From contig CANBES010000005.1 of assembly GCA_947367845.1 (NCBI GenBank), positions 5,072-69,071 of the forward strand: 64,000 nucleotides of DNA. Direction: 5' to 3'. Below, one piece after another: positions 9,249 to 18,680 of the stretch. The notes below the pieces were generated by a model. The model saw nothing but the letters and a program-made list of their open reading frames with translations, was not told where the DNA came from and searched no databases. How positions within the stretch are numbered: position 1 is the first letter of the stretch; each line of letters begins with the position of its first letter. This stretch comes from an uncultured Clostridium sp. (GTDB lineage Bacteria; Bacillota; Clostridia; TANB77; CAG-508). A program made the position numbers and the translations under genes.

Positions 9249-10958
9249 ATGCTAGATTTAAAAGAAGAAATAGCTAAAACCATAGCAAAAGCAACAGACA
9301 TAAAACAAGAAGAACTAAAAAGTTATATAGAAATGCCAAAAGACACAAAAAATGGAGACTATGCATTTCCTTGTTTTAGACTTGCAAAAGAATTAAAAAA
9401 AGCACCACCAGTAATAGCAAATGAAATAAAAGAAAAAATAGAAATAGATCCTGAAATAATAGAAAAAGTAGAAATAGCAGGAGGATACTTAAATTTTTAT
9501 ATTAATAAGCAAGTGATAACAAAAGAAGTACTAGAAAAAGTTGAGCAAGGAATTGGCTATGGAAACTTAGAAATAGGAAAAGACAAAAACATTGTAATAG
9601 ACTATTCAGCACCAAATATTGCTAAGCCATTTCACATTGGGCATTTACGTTCAACTGTAATAGGTGGAGCATTATACAATATATACAAATATTTAGGATA
9701 TAATGTAACTGGAATTAACCATTTAGGAGATTATGGAACTCAATTTGGAAAATTAATTGAAGGTTATAAAAAATGGGGAGAAGAGTACGATATAGATGCA
9801 AGACCAATTGAAGAATTAACAAAAATTTATATTAGAATAAACAATCTATGTAAAGAAGACGAATCAGTACTAGAAGAATGCAGAAATAATTTTAAAAAAT
9901 TAGAAGATAAAGACCCATATTGTGTAGAATTATGGGAAAAATTCAGAAAAGTAAGCTTGCAAGAATTTCAAAAAGTGTATGACCTATTAGGAAGTAAATT
10001 TGATTCTTGGAATGGAGAAGCATTTTATGCAGATAAAATGCAAGAAGTAATCGACATACTAGAAAAGACAGGAAAAGTAGTAGAATCACAAGGAGCGAGA
10101 ATAGTCGACTTAGAAGATAAAGGAATAAATACACCTTGTATAATAGAAAAAACAAATGGGTCAACAACTTATGCAACAAGAGATTTAGCAGCTATCTTAT
10201 ATAGAGCAAGAACATATGATTTTGACAAAGCATTATATGTTACATCATATGAACAAGTATTACACTTTAAACAAATATTTGAAGTAGCAAAATTATTAGG
10301 GCTAGATGAAAAATACACAAATGGATTAAAACACGTATCATTTGGAATGGTATTATTACCAACAGGAAAAATGTCAACAAGAGAAGGAAATATAGTAAAA
10401 CTAGAAGATTTACTAAGCGAAGCGGTTCAAAGAGCTGAAAAAGTAATAGAAGAAAAAAATCCAGAACTTGAAGACAAAGAAGAAGTGGCAAAAAAAGTTG
10501 GAATTGGAGCAGTTATATTCAATGACTTAGCAAACAACAGGGTAAAAGACGAAATATTTGAATGGGATGCAATACTAAACTTCCAAGGGGAAACAGGACC
10601 ATATATTCAATATACATATGTACGTACTAAGAGTGTAATTAAAAAAGCTGGAAAAGTACCTGAATTAAAAGAAGTAAATTTAGAACGTCTACAAGACGAA
10701 TATTCACAAAATATTATAAAATTAATATACAACTTTGAAGATATTTTAGTACAAGTAACAAATAAAGAAGAGCCTTCAATACTTTCAAGATATTTAATTG
10801 ATTTAGCAAAAGCATTTAGTAGTTTTTATAATGAAAATAAAATTATATGTGAAGACAAAGAACTACAAGATGCTAGAATATACTTAACATACAGTGTCGG
10901 ACAAATTTTGAAAATGGGAGCTGAATTGCTTGGTATAGAAATGCCAAATAAAATGTAG
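9249..10958 (+). CDS. argS: arginine--tRNA ligase
   Basis: SAPNIAKPFHIGHLRS (HIGH) and KMSTREGN (KMSK-like). 569 aa. Confidence 0.92.
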   Translation: MLDLKEEIAKTIAKATDIKQEELKSYIEMPKDTKNGDYAFPCFRLAKELKKAPPVIANEIKEKIEIDPEIIEKVEIAGGYLNFYINKQVITKEVLEKVEQGIGYGNLEIGKDKNIVIDYSAPNIAKPFHIGHLRSTVIGGALYNIYKYLGYNVTGINHLGDYGTQFGKLIEGYKKWGEEYDIDARPIEELTKIYIRINNLCKEDESVLEECRNNFKKLEDKDPYCVELWEKFRKVSLQEFQKVYDLLGSKFDSWNGEAFYADKMQEVIDILEKTGKVVESQGARIVDLEDKGINTPCIIEKTNGSTTYATRDLAAILYRARTYDFDKALYVTSYEQVLHFKQIFEVAKLLGLDEKYTNGLKHVSFGMVLLPTGKMSTREGNIVKLEDLLSEAVQRAEKVIEEKNPELEDKEEVAKKVGIGAVIFNDLANNRVKDEIFEWDAILNFQGETGPYIQYTYVRTKSVIKKAGKVPELKEVNLERLQDEYSQNIIKLIYNFEDILVQVTNKEEPSILSRYLIDLAKAFSSFYNENKIICEDKELQDARIYLTYSVGQILKMGAELLGIEMPNKM

Positions 10959-11031
10959 AAAAAACTTGTAAAACAAATAATAAAGAAGTATAATAGAAAT
11001 GCCAAAAAATAAAAAGAAAAGGGGAATAAAA

Positions 11032-11835
11032 ATGGAAGAACAAAAAAATGAAAATGTAGAAAAAGTAAACAATGAAGTTAAGGCAGAAGTTAAAACAGAA
11101 AACAAGAAAAAAAGTAAAAAAGGATTAATAATTGCTATAATTGTAGTTGTTTTAGCAATAATAGTTGGAATATCACTATTTGTAGCATATCATGCTTCAC
11201 AAGTTGCATTATTAGTAAGCGAAACAAATAAAATAACATCAATGGAAATACTAAAAGCAGATGGAACAGTAAACGAAAATGCTAAAATCGATATGGAGAT
11301 AAAATCAAAAGGTTCATATGCAATAGTAGAACAAACACTAAAAGAATACTTAAATGAAACACTAGAAACAAGTAAAAAAGCACCAGAAATAATAAAAAGC
11401 GAAGATATAGAAAATTTAATGTCATTTGAAAATATCAAAAACGACGGACCAGAATTTACACAAACAAAAGCAAAAATTGCTGAAATGAGAAAAGCAGGAG
11501 AAGAATATATAGAACAATTATTATCATTATGTGATACAGAAAGATTTTTAACAGTGATTGAAGATAAAGGTGTAAGTGATTATTATAAAGAAGTATATAG
11601 AAAATTAGCAGTTGATGAAGAAACTGAAAAAGAATTAAATGAAACAAGAGAAAAAGGTGAAAAAGCCAAAAAACAAATAACAGCATCATTTGATTATATA
11701 GAAAGTTTGTTTAACTTCTTAAGTGAACACAAATCAGACTGGACAATAATGGGAAGCCAAATAATGTTCTATAATCAATCAGTATTAAACCAATATCAAG
11801 AATTAGTTTTAAACGTACCAGAAGAAATAGAATAA
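11032..11835 (+). CDS. hypothetical membrane-anchored protein
   Basis: ATG 11032 after an AAAGGGG RBS. Has an N-terminal basic stretch plus one TM helix (GLIIAIIVVVLAIIVGISLFV). Confidence 0.6.
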   Translation: MEEQKNENVEKVNNEVKAEVKTENKKKSKKGLIIAIIVVVLAIIVGISLFVAYHASQVALLVSETNKITSMEILKADGTVNENAKIDMEIKSKGSYAIVEQTLKEYLNETLETSKKAPEIIKSEDIENLMSFENIKNDGPEFTQTKAKIAEMRKAGEEYIEQLLSLCDTERFLTVIEDKGVSDYYKEVYRKLAVDEETEKELNETREKGEKAKKQITASFDYIESLFNFLSEHKSDWTIMGSQIMFYNQSVLNQYQELVLNVPEEIE

Positions 11836-11846
11836 GGAGCAAACAA

Positions 11847-12665
11847 ATGATAGACATACACACACATATACTACCAAACATAGATGATGGAGCAAGAAGC
11901 ATAGAAGAAACATTCAACCTAATAAAAGAAGCAAAAAACGCAGGATTTGAAGCAATAGTATTAACATCACACTACAAAGAAGGTTATTACGAAACAGACA
12001 CAAAAGAAAGAGAAGTGTGGGTAAATGCAATATATGAAAATTTAAAAGCAAAAAACATAGATGTAAAAATATATTTAGGAAACGAAATATATATGTCAGA
12101 CAACATAATAAAACTACTAGAAGAAGCAAAAGCATCAACAATAAATGATACAAGTTATGTATTATTTGAACTACCACAAGATGAGGAACCAGAAAATCTA
12201 TATGATAAAATATATGAAATGAAACAATGCAAAATAGTGCCAATATTAGCACATCCAGAAAGATATAAATTTGTACAAAAAGACCCAGACCTATTATATG
12301 AATTAATAGAAAACGGAGTTCTAATACAAGCAGACTACGGAAGCGTAATCGGAGAGTATGGCGAAAAACCACAAATAATAGTAGAAAAAATGCTACAAAA
12401 TAATATGGTACATATGCTAGGAACAAACGCACATAGACAAAATACAATCTATTCTAAAATACCAGAGATATTAACTGAATTAAATGAAATAGTTGGAGAA
12501 GAAACATTAAAAGAATTAACAACAATAAACCCTAAATTAGTATTAGGAAATAAAAGAATAGAAATAAAAGAACCACATAAGATAGAATTAGAGCTAATGG
12601 AAAAATTAAAAATGCTAAAAGGGGAATCAATTAAAACCATTGTAAAAGAATTCTTACAAAGATAG
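11847..12665 (+). CDS. PHP-family tyrosine-protein phosphatase (CpsB/YwqE-like)
   Basis: The N-terminus MIDIHTHILPNIDDGARSIEE matches the CpsB/YwqE signature; LAHPERY is also present. Confidence 0.8.
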   Translation: MIDIHTHILPNIDDGARSIEETFNLIKEAKNAGFEAIVLTSHYKEGYYETDTKEREVWVNAIYENLKAKNIDVKIYLGNEIYMSDNIIKLLEEAKASTINDTSYVLFELPQDEEPENLYDKIYEMKQCKIVPILAHPERYKFVQKDPDLLYELIENGVLIQADYGSVIGEYGEKPQIIVEKMLQNNMVHMLGTNAHRQNTIYSKIPEILTELNEIVGEETLKELTTINPKLVLGNKRIEIKEPHKIELELMEKLKMLKGESIKTIVKEFLQR

Positions 12666-12715
12666 GGACATTTGGGGGACGTTTCCTTTTGGACATTTTG
12701 TCCGTTTTGGGACAT
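12665..12715 (+). repeat. GGGGAC-core repeat, type B
   Basis: GGGACATTTGGGGGACGTTTCCTTTTGGACATTTTGTCCGTTTTGGGACAT. Confidence 0.88.
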
Positions 12716-12741
12716 ATCTAATATATATAAGGAGAAAAATT

Positions 12742-14106
12742 ATGAGAAAGTATTTTGGAACAGACGGAATTAGAAGAATTGCAAATACAGAGCTAACACC
12801 AGAGTTAGTTTATAAAGTGGCAAAAGCAGGGGCATATGTTTTATCAAAGCATACAGACCACACGCCTACAATACTAATAGGAAGAGATACTCGTATTTCA
12901 GGAACGCTAATAGAAAGTGCAATGGTAGCAGGTTTTCTAAGCTATGGAGCAAATGTGAAATTGCTAGGAGTTATGCCAACACCAGCAGTGGCATATTTGA
13001 CAAGAAAACTAAATGCTGATGCAAGTGTTGTTATATCAGCATCACACAACACATATGAATTTAATGGAATAAAATTCTTTAGTAATAAAGGAATGAAAAT
13101 TTCAGATGATTTAGAAGAAGAAATTGAAGAAATAATGGATAGTGGCAAATTAGACGAATTAACAGCTGTAAATGACAAAATAGGAGTTTCAGAATATGCA
13201 CTAGATTTATTAGATGAATATGTTTATTTTTTCAGAAAAAATTTTGATGATGACATAGAAAAATATAATACAGATGATTTTGTAGTAGGACTAGATACAG
13301 CAAATGGAGCAACATACAAAGTTGCAGAAAAAGTATTTAAAGCCTTAGGAATTAAATACAAAATTATAAACAATTCACCAGACGGTATAAATATAAATAA
13401 CAATTGTGGTTCAACACATATGGAAGGATTAAGAAAATTTGTATTAGACAATAAATTAAACTTAGGTGTTGCATATGACGGTGATGGAGATAGATGTTTA
13501 GCAATAGATGAAAAAGGGGAATTAATTGACGGAGACAAATTACTTGCCATAATTTCACAAAGTCTAAGAAAAAAAGGAAAACTAAATAAAGATACAATAG
13601 TTGCAACAGTAATGAGCAATTTAGGATTAAACAAATATTCAAGAGACAATGGCTTAGAGCTATTACAAACAAAAGTAGGAGATAGATATGTTCTAGAGCA
13701 AATGTTAAAAGAAGGATTTAACCTAGGTGGAGAGCAATCAGGACATGTAATTTTATTAGACTACAATCCAACAGGAGATGGAATATTAACATCATTAATG
13801 TTAATAAAAGCCATATTAGAAGAAAATAAAAAAGCATCAGAATTATCAAGTATAATAAAACTATATCCGCAAATATTAATAAACGCAAAAGTAAGCTCAG
13901 ACAAAAAATATGATTATGAAGAAGATAGCGAAATAAAAGAAGCAATAGACAAATTAGAAAGAGAATTTGCAGGAAATGGAAGAGTTCTAATAAGACCGTC
14001 AGGGACAGAACCATTAGTAAGAGTTATGATTGAGGGAGAAGACCAAGAATATATAACAAAGAAAGCCCAAGAAATTGCGAATTTAATCGAAGAAAAGCTA
14101 AAATAA
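12742..14106 (+). CDS. glmM: phosphoglucosamine mutase
   Basis: YFGTDGIRR, ISASHN (active-site Ser), GDGDR and GGEQSGH motifs. Confidence 0.93.
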   Translation: MRKYFGTDGIRRIANTELTPELVYKVAKAGAYVLSKHTDHTPTILIGRDTRISGTLIESAMVAGFLSYGANVKLLGVMPTPAVAYLTRKLNADASVVISASHNTYEFNGIKFFSNKGMKISDDLEEEIEEIMDSGKLDELTAVNDKIGVSEYALDLLDEYVYFFRKNFDDDIEKYNTDDFVVGLDTANGATYKVAEKVFKALGIKYKIINNSPDGININNNCGSTHMEGLRKFVLDNKLNLGVAYDGDGDRCLAIDEKGELIDGDKLLAIISQSLRKKGKLNKDTIVATVMSNLGLNKYSRDNGLELLQTKVGDRYVLEQMLKEGFNLGGEQSGHVILLDYNPTGDGILTSLMLIKAILEENKKASELSSIIKLYPQILINAKVSSDKKYDYEEDSEIKEAIDKLEREFAGNGRVLIRPSGTEPLVRVMIEGEDQEYITKKAQEIANLIEEKLK

Positions 14107-14227
14107 TTCCCAAGCTAAATAATGCTGTAACAAAAATGTAACATAAAAGTAATATAAGAAACATTGAAGTAAAAAAGTATTAGTGTTATGATAAAGTAGA
14201 AATACATAAGAAAATGGAGGGGAAAAT

Positions 14228-14566
14228 ATGTTTATTTTCGATATATCAAATCCACTAACACTAATATTGATGCTAGCCGCAACAGTACTAATGATATTTT
14301 TATCACAAGAAATTAAAAAAAGTATGATAGGGGCAGTTACATTATTTGCATATTTAATTATATTAATTGTACATGTAGTACAACTAGTAACATTACCAGC
14401 AGAATTTAGATATCTGGTATCAACATTATCAAGATGCTTAGTTATCGACTTTGTATTTATTCTAGTAACATTTTTCTCATATTTATGGGTAGATGATATA
14501 GAAGCAAAAGCTTTGGGTAAAAAAAGTGTAGATAATACATTAGACTGGTTTTGGAAGAAAATATAA
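14228..14566 (+). CDS. small integral membrane protein (3 TM predicted by eye)
   Basis: ATG after a GGAGGGG RBS; hydrophobic helices; a terminator hairpin follows. Confidence 0.6.
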   Translation: MFIFDISNPLTLILMLAATVLMIFLSQEIKKSMIGAVTLFAYLIILIVHVVQLVTLPAEFRYLVSTLSRCLVIDFVFILVTFFSYLWVDDIEAKALGKKSVDNTLDWFWKKI

Positions 14567-14684
14567 GGAATTGTATAATAAAGAGTTTGGTAGAAATATC
14601 AAACTTTTTTTATAATTTTATACATAAAAAGCCAAGCTTTGAATATATATAAATATAATAGACTAAAGATGCAAGGAGAAAAAT

Positions 14685-15851
14685 ATGTTCAAAGTTACAG
14701 TACTAAAAGCCAAAGATATTGCCAAGATTTTTGCAGGAATCAGCTTAACCATACTAATGATATTACTATTTAGCAAAAATTTTGGAAAAACATCAGAAAA
14801 AACTGAGTTGGAAAATTTAGAAATAAACTTAAACTCTATAACAAAGCACAGTATGGTAAACTGTATGGACCAAGTAATACCAACAATGTCAAAATTGAAC
14901 GAAGAATATAGGCAAATAGCAAAAGAAGATGAAGAAGAAGGAAACATTTTACAAGCAATGCTAAAAACTCAAATATCATCAATAAAAGGAATGGAACAAA
15001 TAGAATTAAAAGCTCAAAAAGCAGAACAAGAAAATACAGAAGATAATAAAAATGAAGAAAAACAAGAAAAAATAGAACTGGCAAAAACAGGAGTGCAAAC
15101 ACAAGTTATAACAAATAATCCGATAAGTGAAAATGCAAATGTACAGTATGAAAATGTAAAAATAAAAAATCAAACAAAGTATACATTAACAGAAGACATA
15201 TTAAATCCAGATATAACAATAGAAAATAAAAATATTTTATTATTTCATACACACAGCTGTGAAAGCTACACACCAAGCGAGAAATACCCATATACACAAA
15301 CTGGGAACTTCAGAACAACAGACTTAAACTTCACAGTAACAAGATTAGGTACAGAGTTGGAAAATCATTTAAAAGAATATAATTATAATGTAGTACATAG
15401 CACAGATTATCACGACTATCCAGCATATAATGGATCATATACACGTTCACTTGCAACAGTGGAAAATATGCTAAAAACAACTCCTTCAGATATAATAATA
15501 GATATACATAGAGACGCAATTGGTTCAAGACCTGATTATGCACCAACAGTAAGAATTGGAGAAACAGAAGTAGCTGCACAAATGATGTTTGTTATAGGTA
15601 CAAATGAAGGTGGACTTTGGCACCCAAATTGGCAACAAAATTTGAAATTTGCGGTTAAAATTCAACAAAAGGCAGAAGAGATGTACCCAGGTTTGTTTAA
15701 ACCGATAATGTTAACAACATCTAGATATAATCAGCATGCTGGCAAATTTGCTAGTATTATTGAAGTAGGTTCAACTGGGAATACGCTAGATCAGTGCTTG
15801 AATAGTATGAAATATTTGGCTAAAGTAATGGATGAAGTTTTGAAGAATTGA
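14685..15851 (+). CDS. spoIIP: stage II sporulation protein P
   Basis: N-terminal TM segment and an E/K-rich linker. The C-terminal domain carries LLFHTHSCESY...IDIHRDA...FVIG and resembles the SpoIIP amidase fold. Confidence 0.75.
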   Translation: MFKVTVLKAKDIAKIFAGISLTILMILLFSKNFGKTSEKTELENLEINLNSITKHSMVNCMDQVIPTMSKLNEEYRQIAKEDEEEGNILQAMLKTQISSIKGMEQIELKAQKAEQENTEDNKNEEKQEKIELAKTGVQTQVITNNPISENANVQYENVKIKNQTKYTLTEDILNPDITIENKNILLFHTHSCESYTPSEKYPYTQTGNFRTTDLNFTVTRLGTELENHLKEYNYNVVHSTDYHDYPAYNGSYTRSLATVENMLKTTPSDIIIDIHRDAIGSRPDYAPTVRIGETEVAAQMMFVIGTNEGGLWHPNWQQNLKFAVKIQQKAEEMYPGLFKPIMLTTSRYNQHAGKFASIIEVGSTGNTLDQCLNSMKYLAKVMDEVLKN

Positions 15852-15893
15852 ATTATACAAAGTTGAGGACTGTTTATTATAAAGCAGTTCTTT

Positions 15894-16330
15894 AAATTTG
15901 TTACTGGTTAATGATTTGGAAGAGTTTGGTGGGACAATAGGGCAAATTTTAGCTTTTATTTTGTTCATTCCATTTGATAAGAATTTGTATGTTTATAAAA
16001 AAAGGAGCTTTCACTCAGGCTCAAGTAATTATTTTATTTTTGAATAAATTATGGATGTGCCCTGAAATAAGTTTAGAAATTCTTCAATTATTTTATGGAA
16101 AGAGTTCGTGCTGTGACACGGAAGGGAGCCATAAAATAATTTTAGAATTTCTTTGCTTATGTAAGAAACCGAAGAATTTATGAAAAAATAAAATAATTAC
16201 TTGCCCGCGAACATTACTTTTTTTATAAACTTACATATTCTATATCTCATTACATTCAAACCATAAAAGCTAAAATTTGCCCTATTGTCCCACCAAACTC
16301 TTCTATACCATTAACTAGTAACTTTAATTT
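15894..16330. repeat. 437-bp imperfect palindrome with perfect 41-bp inverted repeats (15919-15959 / 16263-16303) and a 182-nt inner hairpin (16022-16203)
   Basis: GAAGAGTTTGGTGGGACAATAGGGCAAATTTTAGCTTTTAT is exactly reverse-complemented at 16263-16303. There are further 19-bp (16022-16040 / 16185-16203) and 13-bp (16086-16098 / 16129-16141) perfect stems. Confidence 0.85.
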
Positions 16331-16343
16331 TGCAAAAATAAGC

Positions 16344-16372
16344 TTGAAATCTTGAACTGAATTATATATAAT
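16344..16372 (+). promoter_or_regulatory. sigma-A-like promoter upstream of pgi
   Basis: TTGAAA - 17 nt - TATAAT, just outside the right end of the palindrome. Confidence 0.45.
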
Positions 16373-16410
16373 GTAACCAGAAAAAGAAAAGAAAGCGAGG
16401 CGTAAGAGAA

Positions 16411-17718
16411 ATGGCAGAAATAAAATTAAATTTAAAAAACACAGGGATAACACAAAAATCAATAATGGCATACAAAGAAAAAATAAAAAGCATACACGAA
16501 GACTTACACTCAAGAGCAGACGATGAAAAAGACTTCGTAGGATGGTTAGACTTACCAGTAAACTATGACAAAGAAGAATTTAAAAGAATAAAAAAAGCAG
16601 CAAAAAAAATAAAAAAAGAATCAGATATACTAGTAGTAATAGGAATAGGAGGTTCATACTTAGGAGCAAGAGCAGTAATAGAAGGGTTAACAAGCTCATT
16701 TAGCGATATGCTACCAGCAAAACAAAGAAAAAATCCACAAATTCTATATGTAGGAAACAACCTAAGTCCAAACTACATAAATGAACTAATAGAATACATA
16801 GGAGACAAAGACTTTTCAATAAATGTAATATCAAAATCAGGAACAACAACAGAACCAGCAATTGCATTCAGAATATTTAGAGAAATACTAGAAAACAAAT
16901 ATGGAATAGACGAAGCAAGAAGCAGAATATATGCAACAACAGACAAAGAAAAAGGAGCACTAAAAACACTAGCACAAAAAGAAGGATATGAGCAATTTGT
17001 AGTGCCAGACAATGTAGGTGGAAGATACTCAGTGCTAACAGCAGTAGGTTTATTGCCAATAGCAACAGCTGGAATAAACATAGACGAATTAATGGAAGGT
17101 GCAAGAATAGCAAGAGAAAGATACAATGACCCAGAGCTAAAATACAACGAATGCTATCAATATGCAGTAGCAAGAAATATCTTATACAAAAAGCGCAAAG
17201 ATATCGAAATACTAGTAAATTACGAACCAAAAATGCACTACTTTACAGAATGGTGGAAACAACTATATGGAGAAAGCGAAGGAAAAGAACACAAAGGAAT
17301 ATTCCCAGCAGGAGTAGACAACACAACAGACTTGCACTCAATGGGACAATACATACAAGAAGGAAGAAGAAATCTATTTGAAACAGTAATAGAAGTAAAA
17401 GAAACAAACACAGACATAAAAATCAACCCAGATGACGACAATTTAGACGGATTAAACTACCTAAGTGGAAAAACGCTAGATTACGTAAATAAAAAAGCGA
17501 TGGAAGGAACAATACAAGCACACGTAACAGGAGAAGTACCAAACATCAAAATAACCATGAACGAGCTAGATGAAAAAAATATAGGAGAACTAATATATTT
17601 CTTCGAAAAAGCATGTGCAGTATCAGGAAATATACTAGGAATAAACCCGTTTAACCAACCAGGAGTAGAAGAATACAAGAAAAACATGTTCAAACTACTA
17701 AAAAAACCAGGATATTAA
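16411..17718 (+). CDS. pgi: glucose-6-phosphate isomerase
   Basis: Bacillus-type 435-aa PGI with [20 protein letters not shown] and GGRYSV motifs. Confidence 0.93.
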   Translation: MAEIKLNLKNTGITQKSIMAYKEKIKSIHEDLHSRADDEKDFVGWLDLPVNYDKEEFKRIKKAAKKIKKESDILVVIGIGGSYLGARAVIEGLTSSFSDMLPAKQRKNPQILYVGNNLSPNYINELIEYIGDKDFSINVISKSGTTTEPAIAFRIFREILENKYGIDEARSRIYATTDKEKGALKTLAQKEGYEQFVVPDNVGGRYSVLTAVGLLPIATAGINIDELMEGARIARERYNDPELKYNECYQYAVARNILYKKRKDIEILVNYEPKMHYFTEWWKQLYGESEGKEHKGIFPAGVDNTTDLHSMGQYIQEGRRNLFETVIEVKETNTDIKINPDDDNLDGLNYLSGKTLDYVNKKAMEGTIQAHVTGEVPNIKITMNELDEKNIGELIYFFEKACAVSGNILGINPFNQPGVEEYKKNMFKLLKKPGY

Positions 17719-17721
17719 TGA

Positions 17722-17767
17722 TTTTTGGTGTTTTTGGGGACAGACCTTAAAAACACCAAAAACACCC
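17722..17767 (+). repeat. GGGGAC-core hairpin repeat, type D
   Basis: TTTTTGGTGTTTTTGGGGACAGACCTTAAAAACACCAAAAACACCC. Lies between pgi and the thioesterase gene. Confidence 0.8.
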
Positions 17768-17781
17768 AAAAGGAGCAGAAA

Positions 17782-18505
17782 ATGATTTACAAAGAAACGT
17801 TTAAAACAGGACTAAAAGATATAGGAAAAGACAATACTATAAAAAACAGAGCAATATTAGAAATATTAGAAAATGTAGGAGCATATCACTCTGACAAAGT
17901 AAAATTTGGAGCAAACGAAACTCAAACAAACAGAAAAGGTTGGGTATTACTTGACTGGAACTTACAAGTAATAAAAAGACCAAAATACGGACAAAAGTTA
18001 GCAGTAAACACTTGGGGAAGAGATGTGAAAAAATTCTTTACCTTTCGTGATTTTGAAATATATGACGAAGACCAAAATTTATGTGCAATAGCAACATCGA
18101 AATGGGCTTTAATTGACATAGATGAAAGAAAAATGGTCAGACTAACAGAAGAGATTATGAATAGATATGAACCAGAAGAAAAAAGTGTATTTTCTGAAGA
18201 AAAATTGGGTAAACTAGAAGTACCAACTGACTTTTTAGCAAGTATAGAATATGAAGTAATCAGAAAAGATATTGATGTTAATAAACATATGCACAATTTA
18301 TATTATTTAGATTTAGCATATGAAGCCATGCCAGAAGAAGTATATGAGCAAAGACCATTTGATAATGTTAGAATTACTTACAAGAAAGAAATAAAATTGC
18401 GGAGATAAAATCAAATGTAAATACACTTATAAAGACAGCAAACATATTATAGTAATAATGAGCGAAGATGAAAAAAATATACATTCAATAATAGAAATAA
18501 GCTAA
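17782..18505 (+). CDS. acyl-ACP thioesterase; reading frame continues only after a +1 shift at CGG 18400-18402
   Basis: ATG 17782 after an AAGGAG RBS; hotdog-type thioesterase sequence. The zero frame ends AAA TTG CGG AGA TAA (18408). Skipping C18400 reads GGA GAT AAA ATC... (GDKIKCKYTYKD...) to TAA 18503-18505, giving a typical ~240 aa length. Confidence 0.75.
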
Positions 18506-18520
18506 AATTGCTAATGATAA

Positions 18521-18592
18521 CCTGCCAAGAGGGACGGATTTTAATGGCAGGCTTCTGCCAAAAAGGTCCGTCCCTCTTGGCAGGTTGGCAGG
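18521..18592. repeat. GGGGAC-core palindromic repeat, type A, full dimer
   Basis: CCTGCCAAGAGGGACGGATTTTAATGGCAGGCTTCTGCCAAAAAGGTCCGTCCCTCTTGGCAGG(TTGGCAGG). Confidence 0.85.
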
Positions 18593-18617
18593 AATTTTAA
18601 AAATTTTGAAAAAATTG

Positions 18618-18647
18618 TTGAATTTTGTTGTTAGAATGTGCTATAAT
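18618..18647 (+). promoter_or_regulatory. sigma-A-like promoter upstream of pyk
   Basis: TTGAAT - 18 nt - TATAAT with an extended TGc. Confidence 0.45.
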
Positions 18648-18680
18648 AAGGGCTGGTTTTAAAAAGGGAGGATATGTATA

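Noticed and set aside
15974-16183. 69-aa ORF inside the large palindrome.
   Set aside because: It has no RBS and a TTG-type start, and its sequence is dictated by the palindromic arms. The region is more plausibly non-coding (a repeat or RNA).
16022-16203. Calling the inner 182-nt hairpin a 6S RNA gene.
   Set aside because: The architecture is suggestive. However, I cannot verify 6S consensus features or a promoter and terminator, and the hairpin is embedded in a larger DNA palindrome that is atypical for ssrS. It is kept only as a hypothesis within the finding.
17151-17381. 76-aa R/K-rich ORF overlapping pgi in another frame.
   Set aside because: It lies entirely within the well-supported pgi CDS and has no independent signals.
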